A DNA stretch of 30,409 bases from a virus (Duplodnaviria; Caudoviricetes). Location: the IMG/VR virus record IMGVR_UViG_3300005805_000316, positions 1 to 30,409 of that record; one strand, given 5' to 3'. Each line of letters opens with the position of its first letter. Positions within the stretch are counted from its first letter, which is position 1. Both the position numbers and the translations under genes were made by a program. The notes under the pieces were generated by a model. The model was not told where the DNA came from. It did no database searches and saw nothing but the letters and a program-made list of their open reading frames with translations. Positions 25,809-30,409 of the stretch are shown piece by piece.

Positions 25809-25822
25809 GTAAAATGTTATAC
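25809..25822. promoter_or_regulatory. NtcA-binding box GTA-N8-TAC
   Basis: GTA-AAATGTTA-TAC, 8 bp upstream of the -35 element. Confidence 0.65.
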
Positions 25823-25837
25823 CAATTTTATTATTTC

Positions 25838-26155
25838 TTAATCACGCTGTCGCCAGTCATCTGGTTTATCTCCAGTGAAGAAATCAATAATATCGTCAGA
25901 ACTTTCAAATCTAGTCTTATGGTTTGATGGATCAGGATCTCCCAAATCTAAAGCATTCATAAATGCATCAAGACTATCTTCAGCCATTTCTGGATTAGCA
26001 GCACGTCTTCTTGCTTGTCTAAGAATAGTTGCAGCAGAACGATTTGATTTAGCAAGTTTTTCTGCCCAAATCATTTCACTTAACTCTACGGATTCACTTT
26101 TTGCAATTCGGTCACAGATTGCTTCAAGACGCAAACGATATTGAGTAGAGAGCAT
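25838..26155 (-). CDS. Conserved cyanophage hypothetical protein
   Basis: 105 aa MLSTQYRLRLEAIC..LGDPDPSNH..DWRQRD; GGAG RBS. Confidence 0.75.
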   Translation of the reverse strand: MLSTQYRLRLEAICDRIAKSESVELSEMIWAEKLAKSNRSAATILRQARRRAANPEMAEDSLDAFMNALDLGDPDPSNHKTRFESSDDIIDFFTGDKPDDWRQRD

Positions 26156-26175
26156 AGTCTTCTCCAGATATAGTG

Positions 26176-26183
26176 TATTTAGT
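26176..26183 (-). promoter_or_regulatory. Variant late promoter ACTAAATA
   Basis: 20 bp upstream of the ATG at 26155. Confidence 0.55.
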
Positions 26184-26509
26184 TACCGCTCAATGTAACT
26201 GAGAGTATGTTCTGTAGCATAAAGTTGTTGAATGATGATATCACAACCAATCTTAGGATTACAATCACCACAAGTATAAACATCTACCGCAGCCTTACCT
26301 TCTTCAGGCCAGGTATGAATACTAATATGACTTTCCGAAAGCAAGCAAATAACAGTAACTCCCTGTGGTTCAAACTTCTTTGAGATAGTCTGAATCACAG
26401 TAGCACCACTAGCAGATGCTGCGTTTTCTAGTAAGTCTATAAGACAATGCTCGTCGTCCAAAAGGACAAACGAGCATCCATACAAATTAAGAAGATAGTG
26501 CTTTCCCAT
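26183..26509 (-). CDS. speD: S-adenosylmethionine decarboxylase proenzyme family (pyruvoyl-dependent)
   Basis: MGKHYLLNLYGC..FEPQGVT..LSESHISIHTWPE..DVYTCG with the E|SH cleavage site. Confidence 0.9.
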   Translation of the reverse strand: MGKHYLLNLYGCSFVLLDDEHCLIDLLENAASASGATVIQTISKKFEPQGVTVICLLSESHISIHTWPEEGKAAVDVYTCGDCNPKIGCDIIIQQLYATEHTLSYIER

Positions 26510-26727
26510 TATTCAATTGCTTCAGAATCTATTCCATATTGGTTGATTAGTTTATCTATTTTTGTTTCATAACCTGAAAGTTTTTCAATTTCAAAAATAG
26601 ATGATTTTTGATACTTTTTAAGTTTTTTATATTCTTTAATAAGTTTATTTACTTCTCTATTTTTAATATAAAGTTTAAACTCTTTTTCATTTTCTGGTTT
26701 AGCAAAACCTTTAAAACCTTCACTCAT
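26509..26727 (-). CDS. Hypothetical protein
   Basis: 72 aa; start/stop overlaps on both sides. Confidence 0.6.
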   Translation of the reverse strand: MSEGFKGFAKPENEKEFKLYIKNREVNKLIKEYKKLKKYQKSSIFEIEKLSGYETKIDKLINQYGIDSEAIE

Positions 26728-27062
26728 CTTTTTTTCTTTTTCTCAGGTTGTTTATATCCCCAAATTTTAGGGTTGACTCTACCATATCCAAAATCAATTT
26801 TTTGAACTGATCCTGGACCATACTTATCATAGTACATATCAAATAGATTTACTCGTTTTGCACCTCTAGTAAGATCAATATGTTCTTCTCCATCTACAAT
26901 ATACCAAATTAAATATGCATCATTTGGAAGTGAAGAGTCTTTTGCTTTAGATATCGTTGTTTTCTCCAGAAGAATTTCACATCCATATTCATGCGGCAGA
27001 ACTAATTTTCTATTTTCTGCATATTCTGCCATCTTTACTTCTTCTCCAACAACTACTGTCAT
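26724..27062 (-). CDS. Conserved cyanophage hypothetical protein (start revised to the ATGA overlap)
   Basis: SLPNDAYLIWY..LFDMYYDKYG..IDFGYGRVNPKIWG. Confidence 0.7.
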   Translation of the reverse strand: MTVVVGEEVKMAEYAENRKLVLPHEYGCEILLEKTTISKAKDSSLPNDAYLIWYIVDGEEHIDLTRGAKRVNLFDMYYDKYGPGSVQKIDFGYGRVNPKIWGYKQPEKKKKR

Positions 27063-27628
27063 GAGCGACCTCCCCACTGAATATCAGGGTAAGCTTCTTT
27101 TACATTCTCAAGACTTATCTTGTATTTATCAGTCAACTTCTTATCCTTTGTAAGGATTAATACTTCTGCTTCTTTAGGATGAAGACCTCTAAGAAGATTG
27201 ATGAACATCATTTCACGGCGGATTGTACTTAATGTACCATTGCCTCCCTGTACAAAATTATATAAGTTTTGATACTCTCTGCGAAGAGATGTTTTGCTTC
27301 TACCATTTAGATCTTGTCCAGTTGCAGATTCTCCGCCAGCAACTTCTTTTGATAGATTTTCAGATAGAGTTCCAGAATAAACTGTTTGTTCTTCTACGTT
27401 TCCATAAGGAACATCACCTTCAGGAAGAAGGCTTATTACAGTCTCATCAAAATTCCAAATAAAAATGGATTTCAAAGAATCATGCTCATATGTTTTAAGG
27501 ACTTCAACTTTCTTAGCATTACTTCTTTGTTTGGAAGCAAGTTCCAAAATTTCAAAAATAAAAGGATTTATAGGGAGAGTTTCGATAGGTTTTTCAGTCG
27601 TCGTCTTCTTCTTCGTCGTCGTAGTCAT
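27059..27628 (-). CDS. Conserved T4-like phage hypothetical protein
   Basis: WNFDETVISLLPEGDVPY..RREMMFINLLRGLHPKEAEVL; start 27628 or 27640. Confidence 0.75.
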   Translation of the reverse strand: MTTTTKKKTTTEKPIETLPINPFIFEILELASKQRSNAKKVEVLKTYEHDSLKSIFIWNFDETVISLLPEGDVPYGNVEEQTVYSGTLSENLSKEVAGGESATGQDLNGRSKTSLRREYQNLYNFVQGGNGTLSTIRREMMFINLLRGLHPKEAEVLILTKDKKLTDKYKISLENVKEAYPDIQWGGRS

Positions 27629-27818
27629 AATCGTTTTCAAATCTCACTGCTAAAATTTCGTCTGGTATTACATTCCCATTTGAATCAAACATCTCTGGGT
27701 GTGTATAAACTGGTTGAGTTTGGTAGAAGTGTTCTTTTGCCAACCATCCTACTACTCCTCCTACAAAAAAGAACATGATTGAAACCAATGTTCCTATGGT
27801 TAGAGTTACTGCTAGCAT
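27594..27818 (-). CDS. Small membrane protein, DUF2973-like
   Basis: N-terminal hydrophobic helix then HPEMFDSNGNVIPDEILAVRF and an acidic tail; GGAG RBS. Confidence 0.65.
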   Translation of the reverse strand: MLAVTLTIGTLVSIMFFFVGGVVGWLAKEHFYQTQPVYTHPEMFDSNGNVIPDEILAVRFENDYDYDDEEEDDD

Positions 27819-27836
27819 TTGTCTTCTCCAGAGAAT

Positions 27837-28061
27837 TTATTTTTTCCTAATATCAAAGTGAAAGTCAATGAAGAAATGAAACTCTCTACGGAAAAGAGAG
27901 ATCATTTTACCAAACTTCACTTGAAAGGTTTTTGGTTTTTCTGATCTCTTCCTCCTATTGCGTAGTAATAACTCAACACCCCGATTAATCTGGGGTTCAT
28001 TTTTATTTAGTTTGCTTCTTTCGGCGTCCTGGTCTTTTGTCATAACTGTATTTTTGGGCAT
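27837..28061 (-). CDS. Basic hypothetical protein, start uncertain
   Basis: INRGVELLLR..FRREFHF core fills the gap; in-frame upstream ATGs lie inside the preceding gene. Confidence 0.5.
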   Translation of the reverse strand: MPKNTVMTKDQDAERSKLNKNEPQINRGVELLLRNRRKRSEKPKTFQVKFGKMISLFRREFHFFIDFHFDIRKK

Positions 28062-28362
28062 CCTCTAATATTCCATGAAGGTAATTTCTAATCTTTCTTG
28101 CCTGTGGTTTTGGAATATGCCCATATCCTTCACGAAGTTGTTTATGAACTTCGTCAGAACCACCCTCAAGATATTGATCAAGGTCTGTTACTAAACTGTC
28201 AATCTCACTAGCAGTTGAGCTTTCAATAAATTCATCAACCTCAATCTTTTTCGTTCCACGAACTTTTAGATAGTCGTAGAACTTTAACACAAATTGTCCA
28301 TTAAAAGCATAGTCAATTGCTTTTTCTACATCGTTACAAACTTCGTGAAAATTGTTATCCAT
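28003..28362 (-). CDS. Conserved cyanophage hypothetical protein (start revised to MDNNF)
   Basis: VEKAIDYAF..FYDYLK..LREGYGHIPKPQARKI; TAATG overlap with glutaredoxin. Confidence 0.75.
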   Translation of the reverse strand: MDNNFHEVCNDVEKAIDYAFNGQFVLKFYDYLKVRGTKKIEVDEFIESSTASEIDSLVTDLDQYLEGGSDEVHKQLREGYGHIPKPQARKIRNYLHGILEDAQKYSYDKRPGRRKKQTK

Positions 28363-28598
28363 TAAACTAGGTTTTGCTCCTTTAGATATTGAACAGTATC
28401 TGTACAACCTCCGATATGTTTTTCATTCACAATAACTTGTGGAAAGGTAGATCCTTGTCCGAATTCTGAATAAAATTCTTCGCGGGTAAAGTCTGCACCA
28501 AGTTTATAAACTACATGCTGTAGTTGTGCCAACTCTAGCACTTGTTTAACTTTAGTGCAATATGGGCATCCGTCTTTTGAATAAACTGTAAACTTCAT
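28362..28598 (-). CDS. grx: Glutaredoxin
   Basis: CPYC active site, TFPQV, HIGGCTD. Confidence 0.93.
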   Translation of the reverse strand: MKFTVYSKDGCPYCTKVKQVLELAQLQHVVYKLGADFTREEFYSEFGQGSTFPQVIVNEKHIGGCTDTVQYLKEQNLV

Positions 28599-28741
28599 AA
28601 TTTTTTATAATTGTTTTTTAAATATGTATTAAAATTAATAATTAGAATTTTTAAAACTTCCCAAAGAGTAATGCAAATGTAATGCCACTCATCATAATAA
28701 GTAATATCAGCATCTCTCACAAGAAACTTTAGATTAATCAT
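28595..28741 (-). CDS. 48-aa hypothetical protein (not in ORF track)
   Basis: MINLKFLVRDADITYYDEWHYICITLWEVLKILIINFNTYLKNNYKKL; ATGA overlaps at both ends. Confidence 0.5.
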   Translation of the reverse strand: MINLKFLVRDADITYYDEWHYICITLWEVLKILIINFNTYLKNNYKKL

Positions 28742-29046
28742 ACCCTCACAGGTTCTCCTTGACCTTCTGGAAGTTTTACTTTTCTTGGTTCAATTAGATT
28801 ATCCATATAATCATTAGATTTTTCTGGAGTTACATCATGAACTGCAATAATTTCAGTCGTAGGAAGTGCCTTAGGAATTTCCACATCCACAACAGGACCC
28901 ATTAAAAATTTATTTTTTGTAATTGTTCTATTTTGAGGATCAAAAGAAACCATCATAAGAGCATCTTCTTCTTCACCACAATCAGCAATTTTTCTACCAG
29001 TTTTAGTTTCAATTACTGAAAAATATTCTTCATTATACTTTTTCAT
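28738..29046 (-). CDS. Hypothetical protein
   Basis: 102-aa ORF with its own sigma70-like promoter. Confidence 0.65.
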   Translation of the reverse strand: MKKYNEEYFSVIETKTGRKIADCGEEEDALMMVSFDPQNRTITKNKFLMGPVVDVEIPKALPTTEIIAVHDVTPEKSNDYMDNLIEPRKVKLPEGQGEPVRV

Positions 29047-29155
29047 TTTTACAAGACTTTTCTCTATTATAAGGCGATGATGGTTTTCTGTAAATACCTG
29101 GCCAAGTATCTCTTATAATCTCTGCAAGTTTGTAAGGTGTTTCAGATGTAATCAT
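29033..29155 (-). CDS. 40-aa small protein (not in ORF track)
   Basis: MITSETPYKLAEIIRDTWPGIYRKPSSPYNREKSCKNEKV; ATGA overlap with the aldolase stop. Confidence 0.55.
   Translation of the reverse strand: MITSETPYKLAEIIRDTWPGIYRKPSSPYNREKSCKNEKV
29066..29094 (-). promoter_or_regulatory. Sigma70-type promoter TTTACA-17-TATAAT
   Basis: -10 ends 19 bp upstream of the ATG at 29046. Confidence 0.6.
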
Positions 29156-29817
29156 TTTACAAAATACATACGACGACGATACTGCTCACCTGGACAGTTT
29201 TCTAAATGCTCAATCTCTTCATCTGGAAGGAAGTTAACACCACCAAGAAGTTTAGCACCAATAAAGATTTCTGCAGACTTTTCACACATCAGAGTAGCAG
29301 CAGCACAATCCTTTTGATAAGGTGATGCTGTAATAATACCATGATTCTCTAGAAGAATCAACTTAGGGAAATATCCGTAGTGGTCTACAAACTCTCCAAC
29401 ATACTTATCTACATTCTGTAGTAGACGAGCACCAGGAGGAGCATAAGGGACAAGGCAGGATATTACCCCATTCCTTACGATTTGGTCTGGAAACCAACGC
29501 TGCGTAGCAAAGTCATTGACCGCAGGAGAGCAGAGTATCTGTGTAGTCTTTGGTGGATGTGTGTGAGCAATATAGTTAATCTCTGGGAAGTGCTTCATAA
29601 TCCATGCATGAAAAAGCACTTCAATACTTGGTTTCTTTTGTTCTGGATTTAGTTGTTGAGCATCAGTATTGACCAGAACTAAATCATCTTCTGATAGTGT
29701 ATGAAGACTTGTACCACTTGCTTTGATTAGAAAAGTATCTTCTGTTTTTCTCTCTGATACATTACCTTCACCACAAATAGTATAGTCAGCAATTGTGTGT
29801 GCTAAGTCTAGAAGCAT
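29152..29817 (-). CDS. Class II aldolase/adducin family protein
   Basis: GNVS, KASG, PSIE, HTHP and LLENHG metal/catalytic motifs intact. Confidence 0.88.
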   Translation of the reverse strand: MLLDLAHTIADYTICGEGNVSERKTEDTFLIKASGTSLHTLSEDDLVLVNTDAQQLNPEQKKPSIEVLFHAWIMKHFPEINYIAHTHPPKTTQILCSPAVNDFATQRWFPDQIVRNGVISCLVPYAPPGARLLQNVDKYVGEFVDHYGYFPKLILLENHGIITASPYQKDCAAATLMCEKSAEIFIGAKLLGGVNFLPDEEIEHLENCPGEQYRRRMYFVK

Positions 29818-29837
29818 TGTTAAGTATTGTAAAATTG

Positions 29838-29845
29838 TATTTAGA
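29838..29845 (-). promoter_or_regulatory. Variant late promoter TCTAAATA
   Basis: 20 bp upstream of the aldolase ATG. Confidence 0.5.
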
Positions 29846-29860
29846 AATTGTATTATACTC

Positions 29861-29980
29861 TTACCAGTATATCATACCAAGTGTCATCAAAACAAAACAA
29901 AACACTGTGAACACTAGGATACTTATTCCCATCCATATAACCCAACTGGGAATATCTTCTTCCTTATGATTATTAGTCAT
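29861..29980 (-). CDS. 39-aa single-pass membrane peptide
   Basis: MTNNHKEEDIPSWVIWMGISILVFTVFCFVLMTLGMIYW. Confidence 0.5.
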   Translation of the reverse strand: MTNNHKEEDIPSWVIWMGISILVFTVFCFVLMTLGMIYW

Positions 29981-29984
29981 TTAT

Positions 29985-30065
29985 TCAATAATGATAATGG
30001 TCTGTAAGTGATATAAAAAACATAAAGAAACCAAATAAAATGAAGAATATTAGAATTCCTAGCAT
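29985..30065 (-). CDS. 26-aa hydrophobic peptide
   Basis: MLGILIFFILFGFFMFFISLTDHYHY; starts right after the terminator T run; could be a by-product of T-rich sequence. Confidence 0.3.
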   Translation of the reverse strand: MLGILIFFILFGFFMFFISLTDHYHY

Positions 30066-30090
30066 AAAAAAGGAGTTCCAAAGAACTCCT
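30066..30090 (-). terminator. Rho-independent terminator after psbD
   Basis: AGGAGTTC-TTTG-GAACTCCT followed by a T run, 9 bp after the psbD stop. Confidence 0.85.
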
Positions 30091-30099
30091 CTATTTATT

Positions 30100-30409
30100 T
30101 TAGAGTGCGTTGCCCCGAGGTAGAACTTCCTCTGGGAACACAAAGTTCTCATGAGGTTGGTCTACTGGTGCCATCCAAGCACGGAGACCTTCATTTAAGA
30201 GAATATTCTTGGTGTAGAAGGTTTCAAACTCTGGGTCTTCTGCTGCACGAATCTCCTGACTTACAAAATCGTAAGCACGAAGATTAAGGGCAAGACCAAT
30301 GATACCAATGCTGGAAGTCCACAAACCCATGACAGGAACAAATAACATGAAGAAATGAAGCCAACGCTTGTTACTAAAAGCAATACCAAATATCTGTGAC
30401 CAGAATCGG
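30100..30409 (-). CDS. psbD: Photosystem II D2 protein, C-terminal part (5' end outside the window)
   Basis: [67 protein letters not shown]. Confidence 0.98.
   Translation of the reverse strand, partial: RFWSQIFGIAFSNKRWLHFFMLFVPVMGLWTSSIGIIGLALNLRAYDFVSQEIRAAEDPEFETFYTKNILLNEGLRAWMAPVDQPHENFVFPEEVLPRGNAL

Noticed and set aside
211-30287. Many short antisense or alternate-frame ORFs in the supplied track (for example 211-414, 3333-3653, 23509-23901, 25503-25715, 30105-30287)
   Set aside because: They shadow well-supported genes, show no recognisable motifs and have no evident translation signals
24322-30409. Group I intron, intein or homing endonuclease in thyX, phoH or psbD
   Set aside because: The visible reading frames are continuous and of ordinary length, and no endonuclease motifs are seen

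Overview
This AT-rich window comes from a T4-like cyanomyovirus (psbD, phoH, thyX, speD and T4-core genes gp2/4/5/26/32/33/48/51/53/59). The left part (1-20423) is a late virion module of tail-fibre-like proteins, the gp5 hub region, two related tape-measure-like proteins (one with M23 and RlpA domains) and baseplate/head-completion genes. The right part (20427-30409, minus strand) holds replication/transcription accessory genes, auxiliary metabolic genes and many small ORFs absent from the supplied track. Two systems stand out. (1) A nitrogen-sensing cassette at about 25228-25822: NtcA box, sigma70 promoter, tandem glutamine-riboswitch-like RNA that appears interlocked, three translationally coupled micro-proteins (two DUF4278-like) and a terminator that doubles as the next promoter. 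(2) A candidate -1 frameshift (T TTT TTC plus hairpin) that would fuse gp26 to gp51 just upstream of the tape-measure-like genes, like the lambda G/GT chaperones. All family calls come from motif recognition by eye, with no database searches.
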